Below, piece by piece: positions 18,874 through 29,160 of a stretch of DNA of 64,000 nt; within the stretch, counting starts at the first letter, position 1, and the number at the start of each line of letters is the position of its first letter. The notes beneath the pieces were generated by a model that worked only from the letters and a program-made list of their open reading frames with translations, did not search any database and was not told the DNA's origin. Origin of the DNA: Acidobacteriota bacterium (GTDB lineage Bacteria > Acidobacteriota > Vicinamibacteria > Vicinamibacterales > UBA2999); the NCBI GenBank assembly GCA_020851565.1, contig JADZCN010000075.1, forward strand, positions 19,070 through 83,069, read 5' to 3'. The translations under genes were made by a program, and so were the position numbers.

Positions 18874-20107
18874 CTACCTGGCGAGTCGCCGATCGAGGCG
18901 GATCAGTTCGCCGAGCGACCAGGCCTGGAACGGGCAGCCGCGAGGCGTATGCGGCGGCTCGGCGTCGGCGATCTCGGGCACGTGGCCCAGGCCCGCTTCG
19001 TCGAGATGAGCGATGACCGGCGTGACGAACCTGCGGCGCGCCTCGCGCTGCGCTTCCACCCCGCCTCCGCCAACGCGCACCCAGGCCTCCACGAATGGAC
19101 CGAGCCACCAGGGCCACGCGGTGCCCTGGTGGTAAACGGCGTCGCGCTCGGTGGGGCCCCCCTCGTAGCGGCCGGCATAGCTCGACGCCCGGTCGGTGGT
19201 CCACGTCCACGACATCCGGTAGCGTCGGCGTCGCGGCGTCGGCGAAGCGAGCGCCGAAGGAGTGGCGGGCGCGGCTCGTCCAGGGGCGCCACCGATGCGA
19301 GATGGCGCTGCCGGCGGCCAGCGCGTTGACCCACAGGGCCTGGACTTCGACGGGCTTGCCGATGCGAGGCGTGATCTCCCGCCCGTTCACCCGCGCGTCC
19401 ATCCAGGTGAGCTGCACGCCAGGCTCTCCTGCCCGTAGCGGCCCGTCGTCATCCGCGACGATGCCGTAGCGCGTGCCTTCGGCGTATCCCTCGAGGACGG
19501 CGACGATCGCATCCTCGCGCTTCTTCCTCGGCGTACAGGAACTGCCGGAACCATGCGGGATCGTCGCGCCACGTCTCGTTCGAGACGCACGCGGCAGCGG
19601 CGCCGCCATCGTAGAGCGGCCACTCCAGCCGTGCTCCGCGCGCGCAGGTTTGCAGCCGGGCCGCGCCGTTCTCGCGCTGAAGCGAATGGTAGTCGCGGGC
19701 TGCGAGGAGCGGACGCACGCGCAACGTCGCGGGGCCGATCGCTCTCGCGCTCCATCTGAGCCAGGTCCGGGCCGAGCCCGGCGCGACGAAGACCTCCGCT
19801 GTCACCTGGCCGCCATCGGGCAGGGTGAAGGTCCATGTCGGCCACGGGGCCCGCCCGAACCCCGCCAGCGCCGGCGTGATGTCGGGGTGCACGACGCCAG
19901 GCACGTAGCGCTGGCTGGTGAGCGGCGTGCGCCCCCACGCGCCTTCCACCCAGGCTTCGATCCGGGCACCAGCATGACCCGACCTGTCGGAGGTGTCAGC
20001 GCCGGGAGCAACAGCCCGTGATACCGCCGCGTGCGGAGGGTGCCCACCGTTCCCGAGACGAATCCACCCAATCCGTCTGCTTCAAGCCATTCAGCCGTGA
20101 GGTCCAT
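18874..20107 (-). pseudogene. Amylo-alpha-1,6-glucosidase (glycogen debranching enzyme), fragmented
   Basis: EWLEADGLGGF..GT...RRYHGLL, QLTWMDA...TPRIGKPVEVQALW and YHQGTAWPW...GCPFQAWS lie in different frames; only 1.23 kb; central conserved blocks are missing. Confidence 0.88.
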
Positions 20108-20113
20108 CGCGCT

Positions 20114-20142
20114 TTGGATGCCCGCGGCCCGCGGGCGTTACC
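20114..20142 (-). promoter_or_regulatory. ECF-type promoter GGTAAC-N16-CATCCAA (leaderless, debranching gene)
   Basis: Motif copy 1; ATG lies 6 nt downstream. Confidence 0.7.
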
Positions 20143-20185
20143 CGGGCGCCCGGCGCCCGGGATGAAGAGGTGGGAACGGGTCCTC

Positions 20186-20214
20186 TGAAACTTCTGTGCG
20201 CCACCCTCATCCAA
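20186..20214 (+). promoter_or_regulatory. ECF-type promoter TGAAAC-N16-CATCCAA
   Basis: Motif copy 2; ends 22 nt before ATG 20237. Confidence 0.75.
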
Positions 20215-20236
20215 TCCGCGGCTGCAAGGAGGACTC

Positions 20237-20452
20237 ATGCTCGCAGTGGCGGATGACAGGACCACGTTGATGCTCTACCGGATTCGTGGCGAGTTCCTCG
20301 AGATGCCGGGACTGCATCTCACTCTGGAACAGGCAGCGCGCTTGTGGCACATCGACGCGGCCACGTGCACGGCAGCGCTCGGTCGGCTGGTGGCCGAGCG
20401 CTTCCTCGTGCGCACGCGGACCGGCGCATACAAGCGGGCCGAGCAGGTCTAG
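20237..20452 (+). CDS. Small winged-helix-like hypothetical protein
   Basis: GGAGGA RBS; RIRGEFLEMPGLHLT..QAARLW...FLVRT..GAY pattern. Confidence 0.75.
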   Translation: MLAVADDRTTLMLYRIRGEFLEMPGLHLTLEQAARLWHIDAATCTAALGRLVAERFLVRTRTGAYKRAEQV

Positions 20453-20460
20453 GTCCAGCC

Positions 20461-21201
20461 GTGCACGCACAACCCGGCCGGCGCGCGCGAAAGGTCTGGC
20501 ACGCGGAGCCGGCCATCGAGGGCGCGCTACTCGCGGTGTTCATGATTTCGGCCATCGCGTTCACCGTGCTCCTGGAGCACCCCGATTCTCCGCTGGGCGG
20601 GATCGTCGCCTCGCCCGTCGCACGCCGGGGCGTGATCGGGCTGGGCATGGCCGCTACGGCGGTGGTCCTGATCTACTCGCCGTGGGGCAGGAGGTCGGGC
20701 GCGCACATGAACCCGGCAGCCACATTGGCGCTGGCGCGCCTGGGCCTGATGCCGGCGTGCTCCGTTCCCGCCTATATCGCCGCGCAGTTCCTGGGCGGCG
20801 CCCTGGGTGTGTGGGCGGCGTGGCAGGTGTTCGGGCCTGCCGTCGCGCATCCGTCGGTGCGATTCGCCGTCACGACACCGGGCCCCTGGGGCGCCGGCGC
20901 GGCCTTCACGGGGGAGTTCGCGATGACCGCGGTGCAGATGGGCGCAGTGTTGACCGCCTCGCGGGCGCGAGCGTGGCGCCCGCGGGCTGGCCTGCTCGCC
21001 GCGGGGCTGCTCGCTCTCTACATCACGGTCGAAGCGCCGGTCTCGGGCATGAGCCTCAACCCGGCGCGCACGCTCGGCTCCGCGGTGTGGGCCGGGGACT
21101 TCACGGCCATCTGGGTCTACTTCTCGGCACCGGTCCTGGGGATGCTGCTGGCCGCCGAAACCGTCCGACGTATGCGCCCCCGGGACGAGGTCATATCATG
21201 A
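20461..21201 (+). CDS. MIP/aquaporin family channel
   Basis: SGAHMNPA and SGMSLNPARTLG NPA boxes; start estimated at GTG 20461. Confidence 0.88.
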   Translation: MHAQPGRRARKVWHAEPAIEGALLAVFMISAIAFTVLLEHPDSPLGGIVASPVARRGVIGLGMAATAVVLIYSPWGRRSGAHMNPAATLALARLGLMPACSVPAYIAAQFLGGALGVWAAWQVFGPAVAHPSVRFAVTTPGPWGAGAAFTGEFAMTAVQMGAVLTASRARAWRPRAGLLAAGLLALYITVEAPVSGMSLNPARTLGSAVWAGDFTAIWVYFSAPVLGMLLAAETVRRMRPRDEVIS

Positions 21202-22769
21202 ACGGGCGCTACGACGTCATCATCATCGGCAGCGGGGCCGGCGGCGGCACCCTGGTCTGGCGGCTGGCCGGGTCCGGCAAGCGCATCCTGATCATCGAGC
21301 GCGGCGATTACGTGCCGCGCGAGAAGGCCAACTGGGACTCGCGCGCGGTCAACGTGGAGGCGCGGTACCACACCCGCGAGGTGTGGCGCGACCGCGACGG
21401 CAAGCCGCTGCACCCCCACACCAGTTACAGCGTCGGCGGCAACACCAAGTTCTACGGTGCCGCGCTCTTCCGGATGCGCGAGCGGGACTTCGGCGAGCTG
21501 GCGCACCACGAGGGGATCTCGCCGGCCTGGCCCATCGACTACGCCGACCTCGAGCCCTATTACACGGAAGCCGAGCGTCTGTACGCCGTGCACGGTGAGC
21601 GCGGGGCGGACCCGACCGAGCCGTGGGCCAGCTCGCCCTACCCCTTCCCTGCGGTCTCGCACGAGCCCCGGATTCAGCAGCTGAACGACGACCTGACACG
21701 CGCCGGCCTCCGGCCGTTCCCCGTGCCGCTTGGTGTACGGCTGGACGAGCACGACCCGCGGCGCAGCCCCTGCATCCGGTGCAGCACGTGCGACGGCTTC
21801 CCCTGCCTGGTGCACGCGAAGAGCGATGCACAGGTGATGTGCGTGGACCCGGCGCTCAGGCACCCGAATGTCTCGCTGATGACCAATGCGCAGGTGACGC
21901 GGCTCGAAACCAGCGCATCCGGACGGGAGGTCACCGGCGTCATCGTGCGCCGCGGTGGGAGCGAGGAGCTCCTGCGGGGCGACGTCGTGGTGGTCAGCGC
22001 GGGCGCCATCAACTCGGCCGCGCTGCTCCTGCGCTCGGCCAGCGACCGCCATCCGCAGGGACTGGCCAACGGCTCAGGTGTCGTGGGCCGTCACTACATG
22101 GGCCACGTCAACTCGGTGGTGCTGGCCATCTCGACCACCCCGAATCCCACCGTCTTCCAGAAGACGCTGGGGCTCAACGACTTCTATTTCGGGGACTCCG
22201 ACTTCCCGTACCCGATGGGGCACATCTCCTTCGTGGGCAAGCTGGACGCGGTCGCGCTCAGCGCCGGCGCGCCGCCGTTCGTGCCGGGCCTGACCCTGGA
22301 TCTGATGGCGAAGCACTCGCTGGATTTCTGGCTCACCTCGGAGGACCTGCCGGATCCGGAGAACCGTGTGACGCTGGACCGCGACGGGAACATCGTCCTG
22401 TCCTACGCGCCGAACAACGTGGAGGCCCACGGGCGGCTGGTGAAGAAGCTCGAGTACCTGCTGGAGCACATCGGCGCGCGGCACATCATCCGGAGGAACC
22501 TCTTCGTGGGCCAGCGCATCCCGCTCGCGGGCGTGGCACATCAGAACGGGACGGTGCGCTTCGGCAGCGACCCGAGGACGTCCGCCCTGGACGTGAACTG
22601 TAGAGCACACGAGGTGGACAATCTCTACGTCGTGGACGGCAGCTTCTTCCCGTCCAGCGCCGCGGTGAATCCCGCGTTGACGATCATGGCAAACGCGCTC
22701 AGGGTCGGAGACCATCTCCTGGACCGGCTGAGGACGACCGTGCAGGAGGTGGCCCATGTGGCGCGCTAG
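21198..22769 (+). CDS. GMC family flavoprotein oxidoreductase
   Basis: IIIGSGAGGG FAD motif, VGGNTKFYGA, Cys cluster CIRCSTCDGFPC, AHQNGT, VNPALTIMANALR. Confidence 0.93.
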   Translation: MNGRYDVIIIGSGAGGGTLVWRLAGSGKRILIIERGDYVPREKANWDSRAVNVEARYHTREVWRDRDGKPLHPHTSYSVGGNTKFYGAALFRMRERDFGELAHHEGISPAWPIDYADLEPYYTEAERLYAVHGERGADPTEPWASSPYPFPAVSHEPRIQQLNDDLTRAGLRPFPVPLGVRLDEHDPRRSPCIRCSTCDGFPCLVHAKSDAQVMCVDPALRHPNVSLMTNAQVTRLETSASGREVTGVIVRRGGSEELLRGDVVVVSAGAINSAALLLRSASDRHPQGLANGSGVVGRHYMGHVNSVVLAISTTPNPTVFQKTLGLNDFYFGDSDFPYPMGHISFVGKLDAVALSAGAPPFVPGLTLDLMAKHSLDFWLTSEDLPDPENRVTLDRDGNIVLSYAPNNVEAHGRLVKKLEYLLEHIGARHIIRRNLFVGQRIPLAGVAHQNGTVRFGSDPRTSALDVNCRAHEVDNLYVVDGSFFPSSAAVNPALTIMANALRVGDHLLDRLRTTVQEVAHVAR

Positions 22770-23766
22770 TGTGGGCGCGCTGGCCGCGCTCGTCCTGCTC
22801 TCCGTCCCCTCTGTCCCGCGCGCCTCCAGTCCCGCGGGGCCGGTAGCGGAGGCCGTGGAGGCGATCGGCCTCACGGTCTCGGACCTGGATCGGGGCGTCG
22901 CGTTCTTTCGCGACGTGCTGACGTTCGAGGTGACGGACCTTTGGGAGCAGTCCGGGCGAAGTACGGAACTGCTGACGGGCGTGTTCGGCGCGCGCACGCG
23001 CACGGCGCGCCTCAGGCTCGGCGCGCAGTTCGTCGAGCTGACCGAGTTCCTGGCCCCACGCGAACGTCCCTTCCCCGCCGACACGCGCGCCAACGATCAG
23101 TGGTTCCAGCACATCGCGATCGTCGTGTCCGACACGGATGCGGCCTACCGGCGCCTGCGGGATCATCGTGTGGCCCACGCCTCCACGGGCCCGCAGCGGC
23201 TGCCCGACTGGAATCCCGACGCAGGCGGGATCCAGGCCTTCTACTTCCGCGATCCCGACGGGCACTTCCTCGAGATCCTGCACTTCCCGCCCGGCAAGGG
23301 CGATCCGAACTGGCAGCGCCGCGATCGTCCCTTCCTCGGCATCGATCACACCGCGATCGTCTCGACCGACACCGAGCGCTCGCTCCGGTTCTACCGTGAC
23401 GGCCTCGGGATGAAGCCGGCGGGCGGCGCAGAGAACCACGGCGCCGAGCAGGAGCACCTCAACAACGTCTTCGGCGTGCGGCTGCGGATCACGACGCTGC
23501 GGGCGAAGGACGGTCCCGGTATCGAGCTGCTGGAATATCTCGCGCCGCGCACGGGCCGGCCGGCGCCGCTCGACCTGAGCGCCGCGGACCTCGCGCATTG
23601 GCACACCACCGTGGTCGCCCAGGGCGCCTCGCGCCTGCTGCGCACCGTCTTCGGAGGCTGGCTCGTATCGCCGGACGTCGTGGCGGCCGACCCGCGCTGG
23701 GGCTTCGCACGCGGGCTGCTGGTGCGCGATCCCGACGCGCACGGGATTCGCGTGGTCGAGCGCTGA
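22756..23766 (+). CDS. Secreted double VOC/glyoxalase-domain protein
   Basis: Signal-like N-terminus; FQHIAIVVSD, YFRDPDGHFLE, IDHTAI, RDPDAH. Confidence 0.88.
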   Translation: MWRASVGALAALVLLSVPSVPRASSPAGPVAEAVEAIGLTVSDLDRGVAFFRDVLTFEVTDLWEQSGRSTELLTGVFGARTRTARLRLGAQFVELTEFLAPRERPFPADTRANDQWFQHIAIVVSDTDAAYRRLRDHRVAHASTGPQRLPDWNPDAGGIQAFYFRDPDGHFLEILHFPPGKGDPNWQRRDRPFLGIDHTAIVSTDTERSLRFYRDGLGMKPAGGAENHGAEQEHLNNVFGVRLRITTLRAKDGPGIELLEYLAPRTGRPAPLDLSAADLAHWHTTVVAQGASRLLRTVFGGWLVSPDVVAADPRWGFARGLLVRDPDAHGIRVVER

Positions 23767-23792
23767 AACGTCTTCGGCGGCGCCCCATCCAA
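23764..23792 (+). promoter_or_regulatory. ECF-type promoter TGAAAC-N16-CATCCAA (internal)
   Basis: Motif copy 3; overlaps the VOC stop codon, upstream of 23849. Confidence 0.75.
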
Positions 23793-23848
23793 GCAGTGTT
23801 CGTTCGTCATCTCGTTCACTTCGTTGAGTCCAGAAGGAGCATTCGATC

Positions 23849-24244
23849 ATGAAGTTCGTATCCTCGATGGCGCTGGCCCTGGTGATCGCCCTCTCCCTCG
23901 CCGGCGGCGCGTTCGCGCAGAGCATGCACACGAGCGGGAAGTTCAGCGGCGCAAAGGTGAACGCCGGCACGGTGACCCACTCGATGCAGGCCGGCATGAA
24001 CGTCCTCACCCTCTCGTCCGAGTTCCAGGTGCCCGACACGCCGGAGCCGCACTGGCAGGTCGTGGACTCGAAGGGCACGGTGTACCTGCTGCAGCGCCTG
24101 GGCATCAAGGGCGACGAGGTGAACACCTCCATCACTTTGCCCGCCTACGTGAAGGACGTCGCCAAGGTGCAGATCTACTGCGCGTGGGCCGAGGCCGTGC
24201 TCGGCGAGGCGTCGTTCTCGGGCACGCTCACCCTCGTTCACTGA
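23849..24244 (+). CDS. Secreted DM13-like protein
   Basis: AGGAG RBS; signal peptide ending AFA; F.VPDTPEPHW and VQIYCAWAEAVLGEA (single Cys) resemble DM13. Confidence 0.65.
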   Translation: MKFVSSMALALVIALSLAGGAFAQSMHTSGKFSGAKVNAGTVTHSMQAGMNVLTLSSEFQVPDTPEPHWQVVDSKGTVYLLQRLGIKGDEVNTSITLPAYVKDVAKVQIYCAWAEAVLGEASFSGTLTLVH

Positions 24245-24257
24245 TTCCTGACGTCTT

Positions 24258-24292
24258 GCCGGTTGGCCGCGCGTATGTCGCGGCCAACCGGC
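24258..24292 (+). terminator. Strong 14-bp hairpin after the DM13-like gene
   Basis: GCCGGTTGGCCGCG-N7-CGCGGCCAACCGGC; no U tract, so it may be a stability element instead. Confidence 0.4.
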
Positions 24293-24305
24293 GGGAGATT
24301 TCATC

Positions 24306-25322
24306 ATGAAGATCGCCATCACGCTGCTCACTCTCAACGCTCCCAATCGCGTGGTGCTGACGCGCGAGGCCCGGCCCGGGCAGGCGTTCGACATCGCGGT
24401 GTTCGCGGCCAATGGCCCGCTGTCCGATCCGCCGGCCAACCACCTCTGGGTGCGATCGGCGGCCATCGACTTCTATCGGCCCCGTCCCGACGCGCGCCGG
24501 GTCCACGTGACGGTCGGCCAGCGCGATGCCCGCGCCAGCTGGTGCTCCCCGACGCGCCAGTGCTCGAACACCTCGCCAGTGGCTTCCAGTTCACCGAGGG
24601 CCCCGTCTGGAATCCGGCGGACCAATCGCTGCTCTTCTCGGATCCGAACGACAACACCATCTACCGGTGGAGGGACGAGGACGGCGTGTCGGCGTTCCGC
24701 GTGAAAAGCGGCTACACGGGGGCCGACATCGGCCTCCATCATCAGCCCGGGTCGAATGGCCTCGCACTGGATTCGCAAGGGCGGCTGGCCATCGCCGAGC
24801 ACGGCAACCGCCGTGACTCGGCTCGAGAAGAACGGCGCGCTGACGGTTCTGGCGGATCGCCACCAGGGGAAGCGCCTGAACAGCCCGAACGACCTCGTCT
24901 ACAAGTCGGACGGCGCCCTGTACTTCACGGACCCGCCCTTCGGCCTGCCGAAGGTGTTCGACGACCCGCGCAAGGAGCTGGCGTTCAGCGGCGTCTTCCG
25001 GTTGAGAGACGGCAGGCTGGACCTGGTCTCCACTGACCTCGAGGGACCGAACGGGCTGGCGTTCTCGCCGGACGAGCGATATCTCTACGTCACGAACTGG
25101 GACACACGCAGGAAGGTCGTCATGCGGTACGAGGTCCGGGCGGCGTCTGGATCCTTGCCCCTGACGGCACGCACCTCGGCACCGTGCGGCTTCCCGAGCT
25201 GGCCGCAAACATGGCGTGGGGCGACGACGGCCGGTCGCCGTACCCGACGGCACGCACGGGGCTGTATCGGCCCCGAACCCGCATCGGCCGTTCCGCGACT
25301 GGCACAGTCCTTCGGTGACTAC
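24306..25322 (+). pseudogene. SMP-30/gluconolactonase family, fragmented
   Basis: GFQFTEGPVW, GSNGLALDSQGRL, LNSPNDLV...YFTDPPFGL, GPNGLAFSPDE and GVWILAPDGTHLGT are in several frames; the N-terminal domain and DG.K.D segment appear deleted. Confidence 0.85.
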
Positions 25323-25966
25323 GGTAGGGAACCCGGGACGGCCCGGCCATCCGGTCGGGCCGTCTCTTCCTTCTTCAGCACCCAGGTGGTCATGGACCGC
25401 TGATCCTGGACCACCGTCGTTTTCAACGGATCGAGCAGGGTGCCGCCCAGCTCACGCGTCTTCGAGAGGAGGTGCTCGGCGGATACGAGGTAGCGCTCCG
25501 AGCCGTCCGGCAGCAGGAACCGATTCTGGCCAAGCGGACGCGCGCCCACGAGGCCGATGCTGGACGCGAGCCGGCAGAACAGCACCCCACCTGGCTTCAG
25601 GACCCTCCACATCGCGTCCACCATCCCGTCGAACTGGGCATCGTCCCTGGCAAAGTGGAGCACGGCGCTGCTGATGACCGCATCGAACGACGCCGGTGGG
25701 AAGGAGCACGCTTCGACGGCCTCGACGCGCAACTGCGTCGCCGGCAGGCGCGGCGACAGTTGTGCGGCAAGTTGCCGCACGTGGTCGACGGCGTCGGCGT
25801 TCGCGTCAGTGGCGCTGACGTCGAAGCCCTCGCGCAGCAGGTACACGAGGTTGCGTCCGCTGCCGCACCCGGCATCCAGCACGCGCATGCCCGGAGCGAG
25901 GCGGCCGCGCAGGAGCTGGTCGAAGAGGTAGATGTCGATGTGGCCGAACTGTTCGAAGAGTGTCAT
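25319..25966 (-). CDS. Class I SAM-dependent methyltransferase
   Basis: VLDAGCGSGRN, FDAVISSAVLH, LKPGG. Confidence 0.9.
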   Translation of the reverse strand: MTLFEQFGHIDIYLFDQLLRGRLAPGMRVLDAGCGSGRNLVYLLREGFDVSATDANADAVDHVRQLAAQLSPRLPATQLRVEAVEACSFPPASFDAVISSAVLHFARDDAQFDGMVDAMWRVLKPGGVLFCRLASSIGLVGARPLGQNRFLLPDGSERYLVSAEHLLSKTRELGGTLLDPLKTTVVQDQRSMTTWVLKKEETARPDGRAVPGSLP

Positions 25967-25978
25967 GCCGTTGCCATG

Positions 25979-26434
25979 TCAGCCGAGCGCCGCCACCAGC
26001 GAGTCGAGCAGTGGTGCCTGCGCGGGAAGAATGCGGCGATGGGCCTCGTCGAGCGTGAACCATGCGGCGCGATCCACCTCCGGAAACACCTGTGTCCTGC
26101 CCGATCCGCGGGGCCATTCGAGATCGAACGTGACGCTCGTGAGGCGGTCGGGATCGAAGTCTCCCGCGACGGCCCATGCCCGGACCACTTTGCCGCTCTT
26201 CATGCGGATGCTGCCGAGGGCCAGGGCCGGCCCCTCGGCCCGAGCGCCGGTTTCCTCGCGGAACTCCCGGCGCGCAGCGGCGAGCGGGTCCTCGCCTTCC
26301 TCCACTTCTCCTTTTGGAATGGACCACGCGCCGAAGTCCTTGCGACGCCAGAAAGGACCGCCCGGGTGGACGAGCAGCACCTGGAGCGCACCGTGGTGCT
26401 GGCGGTGCAGGAGGATTCCCGCGCTGTCGGGCAT
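25979..26434 (-). CDS. NUDIX hydrolase
   Basis: VHPGGPFW...WSIPKGEVEEGEDPLAAARREFREETG Nudix box. Confidence 0.92.
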   Translation of the reverse strand: MPDSAGILLHRQHHGALQVLLVHPGGPFWRRKDFGAWSIPKGEVEEGEDPLAAARREFREETGARAEGPALALGSIRMKSGKVVRAWAVAGDFDPDRLTSVTFDLEWPRGSGRTQVFPEVDRAAWFTLDEAHRRILPAQAPLLDSLVAALG

Positions 26435-26452
26435 GAGAGGCGGATGTGGCAG

Positions 26453-27919
26453 TCACTGCGGCGATTGCGCCGTGGCCTTGAAGAACAGCTCGACCGCCGC
26501 GGGATCGAAGTGCGTGCCAGCCTTCTGTCTGAGGAAGTCGTGCACGCGATCTTCCGGCCAGCTCTCGCGGTACGGCCGCTCGTAACGAAGGGCGTCGTAG
26601 ACGTCCGCCACGGCGAAGAGGTGGGCCGCGAGAGGGATGCTCTCCCCCTTCAGCCCGCGCGGGTAGCCGGAGCCGTCCCATTTCTCGTGGTGACAGTACG
26701 GGATGTCGAGTGCGGGCCTCAGGTGGGCCACCGGAAACAGCAGCTCGTAGGCGTAGGTGGGATGCTGCCGCATGCGCGACCATTCCTCGTCCGTCAGCGG
26801 ACCGGGCTTGAGCAGCACGGAGTCGGGAATGCCAATCTTGCCGATGTCGTGCAGCAGCGCTCCACGCTTGACGTGCACGAGCTGTTCCTCGCTCATGCCG
26901 GCGAGCCTGGCCATTGCGACGGTCGTCTCAGTCACGCGTCGCGTGTGCCCTTCGGTTTGATGGTCGCGCAGGTCGAGCGCCCGGGACCACCCTTCGATGG
27001 TGGCGTCATAGGCCAGCTGCAGGTCGAGATGCGCCCGCTGCAGGCTCACCACGGCGCGGCCGCTCTCGATCGCGATGGCTGTCTGCCCGGCAAGGGCCTC
27101 CAGGAAGTCGATCCAGTCCGCCGACGCCGTGAAGGGGGCCCGGTGCATCACGTTGAGCACGCCGATCACCGTCCCCCTCGCGATGAGCGGGACCGCGTGG
27201 ATGGCCTGGACGCCCTCGGCCCGCAGCGCTTCGCGGAGGGGCGCGTCGATGATGGACGAGCCGTCGAGGGTGGGGACGGCGACCGTGCGTCGTTCGAGCG
27301 CCGCCGTGCCGGACGCCCCCTCCCCAACCTTGATGGCGACCGAGAGCGGTGTCGAGCCCTCGTGGCCGGCAGCCGCCGCCGTCTCGAGCATGAGGGTGGT
27401 CGGATTCAGCAGCTTCAGGTTGACGATGTCCGCGCCCAACAGGGTCCTGGTCTCGTCGAGAATGGTCCGGAAGGCCAGATCGAGGTCGACGGTCCCGAGG
27501 ATGGCCCGGTCGATGGCTCGCAGCGCGCGGAGCCTCCGCAACTGCGTGTCGATGGTGGATTGGGCGGCCCTCTGCTCGGTGACGTCCCACGACAGGACGA
27601 AGATGCCTTCCGGCACGGGCTGGGCCCTCAAATCGAACCAGCGGCTCTGCCCGTCCGGGTAGACGAACTCGTTGGTCATCACCGCGGGCACCCGCCCTTC
27701 CATCACCCGCTGGAGCGTGGCGAACATCGGGGTCTGCTCGATGCCGGGGAACACGTCCATCATGCGGTGCCCGACCAGCGCGCCGCGATCTTTCCTGCTG
27801 TGGTGAACGACGGCGTCGTTCACGTAGAGATAACGCCAGTCGGGGCCGATGATCTGGCAACCCTCGAGCAGGTGGTCCAGGATCCCCCTGGAGTAGTCTT
27901 TCGAGCCTCTCGCCGACAT
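26453..27919 (-). CDS. PAS-GAF-HD-GYP phosphodiesterase
   Basis: PAS, GAF (VPLIARGTVIGVL), LHDIGK, HHEKWDGSGYPRGL; GGAG RBS before ATG 27919. Confidence 0.92.
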   Translation of the reverse strand: MSARGSKDYSRGILDHLLEGCQIIGPDWRYLYVNDAVVHHSRKDRGALVGHRMMDVFPGIEQTPMFATLQRVMEGRVPAVMTNEFVYPDGQSRWFDLRAQPVPEGIFVLSWDVTEQRAAQSTIDTQLRRLRALRAIDRAILGTVDLDLAFRTILDETRTLLGADIVNLKLLNPTTLMLETAAAAGHEGSTPLSVAIKVGEGASGTAALERRTVAVPTLDGSSIIDAPLREALRAEGVQAIHAVPLIARGTVIGVLNVMHRAPFTASADWIDFLEALAGQTAIAIESGRAVVSLQRAHLDLQLAYDATIEGWSRALDLRDHQTEGHTRRVTETTVAMARLAGMSEEQLVHVKRGALLHDIGKIGIPDSVLLKPGPLTDEEWSRMRQHPTYAYELLFPVAHLRPALDIPYCHHEKWDGSGYPRGLKGESIPLAAHLFAVADVYDALRYERPYRESWPEDRVHDFLRQKAGTHFDPAAVELFFKATAQSPQ

Positions 27920-28074
27920 CTGGCTCCTGTGCTTGAGCTCCGTGGCCACGTAGCAGCGTGGACGGAGGACGACAAAGGGGGACGAACCAGTACGGGGGAC
28001 AGCGTAACGCAGAACGCCCCGCCCGGCGTACGGCGCGTGACAAACCGTGCAGTCGTGAGGGCGTGTGCGGCTGA

Positions 28075-29160
28075 TCAGCTGGAGCCCGGGAAGCGACGTC
28101 GGTCCAGGACGTGGCCCAGGGCAAGCCGTGCCAGTCGAGCCGGGCTCGTGCCCGCGGCACCCCTTCGCCGATTGGCGGCGCCGATCTCGAAGACCAGGCG
28201 CCACTGCTCGAACAGTGCCCGGTAGGCGCTGGCGATGCGCCGATCGGGATCGTATACGTCCGTGGGCTCGGCGCTGACGCCGTTGAGCTCGATGATCGCG
28301 AGATCCTCCCCGGCTTTGAAGCGGGCGACGTCGCCGTATCGGACGTCGAAGCGCCCGATGCAGAAGCCGGGCACCCGGCGGGCGATGTCGTCGATTCTCG
28401 TGTCCAACTCGGGTGTCCAGAGGTGCGCGCCGCTTCGAAACAGGGTGCCCTGGCAGTGATTGCCAACCGAGCCCAGCGCGAAGCGCTCACCCCGCGGCAG
28501 CACCTGATTCAGGCTGGCGGCATGCCGCTGCAGGAAGACCGGCGCCTGGCGCGAGAAGCGCGAGTGCGACAAGATCAACGCCTCGAGCGTGCGAACACCG
28601 TCGCCTGCAATCACCGGGAACACCTTGTCGGTGATCGAGAGGATCTGCCCGCGCGCGGCGTCGGGATGGCGCCAGTAGAAGATGCCGGCCTCGAATGGGC
28701 CCGGATGCCAGGGCTGCACGACGACGGGATAGTCGGCCGCGCGGAGGTACGCCACCGCTTCGGCGAGGGTCGCCGCCCGCCTCACGCCACTTCCCCGCTG
28801 CCCGACGTCCGGCTTCAGGATGAGGGGAAAACCGTGACCGGGCTGCTCGGCGAACGCGGCGACCGCGCGCGTCCGCCCCGCCAGCGTCCCTCGATCTATG
28901 CGGGCGCTCGGGACGATCCACTCCGCCGGAAGCGATTCGAGGATGTCGTACTTCGACTCCCCGACCAGCCCGCCATCTCGCATGCCCGGATTTGCGGCGC
29001 CGATGGCGCGCCAGCCATGCCGCATCGCGAGCGCCAGGATCCACGGAACCAGCGGCGCGTATGTGGCCCAGACCGGCCAGAACTCGAACGGCGGGAGCCA
29101 GCCCGGGCGGCCCACGGGCGACGCGACAGGTCCTGTGGCGGTCCTCAGGGCGCCAGCCAT
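28075..29160 (-). CDS. ATP-grasp carboxylate-amine ligase-like protein
   Basis: FPLILKPDVGQRGSGV, GNHCQG, GRFDVRY, IIELNGVSAE; N-terminal EFWPxW segment. Confidence 0.85.
   Translation of the reverse strand: MAGALRTATGPVASPVGRPGWLPPFEFWPVWATYAPLVPWILALAMRHGWRAIGAANPGMRDGGLVGESKYDILESLPAEWIVPSARIDRGTLAGRTRAVAAFAEQPGHGFPLILKPDVGQRGSGVRRAATLAEAVAYLRAADYPVVVQPWHPGPFEAGIFYWRHPDAARGQILSITDKVFPVIAGDGVRTLEALILSHSRFSRQAPVFLQRHAASLNQVLPRGERFALGSVGNHCQGTLFRSGAHLWTPELDTRIDDIARRVPGFCIGRFDVRYGDVARFKAGEDLAIIELNGVSAEPTDVYDPDRRIASAYRALFEQWRLVFEIGAANRRRGAAGTSPARLARLALGHVLDRRRFPGSS

Noticed and set aside
25472..28225. 917-aa plus-strand ORF (likewise 47456-49765, 59049-61244, 33011-34963)
   Set aside because: They overlap well-supported genes on the opposite strand or in another frame and have low-information Arg/Gly/Ala-rich sequence.
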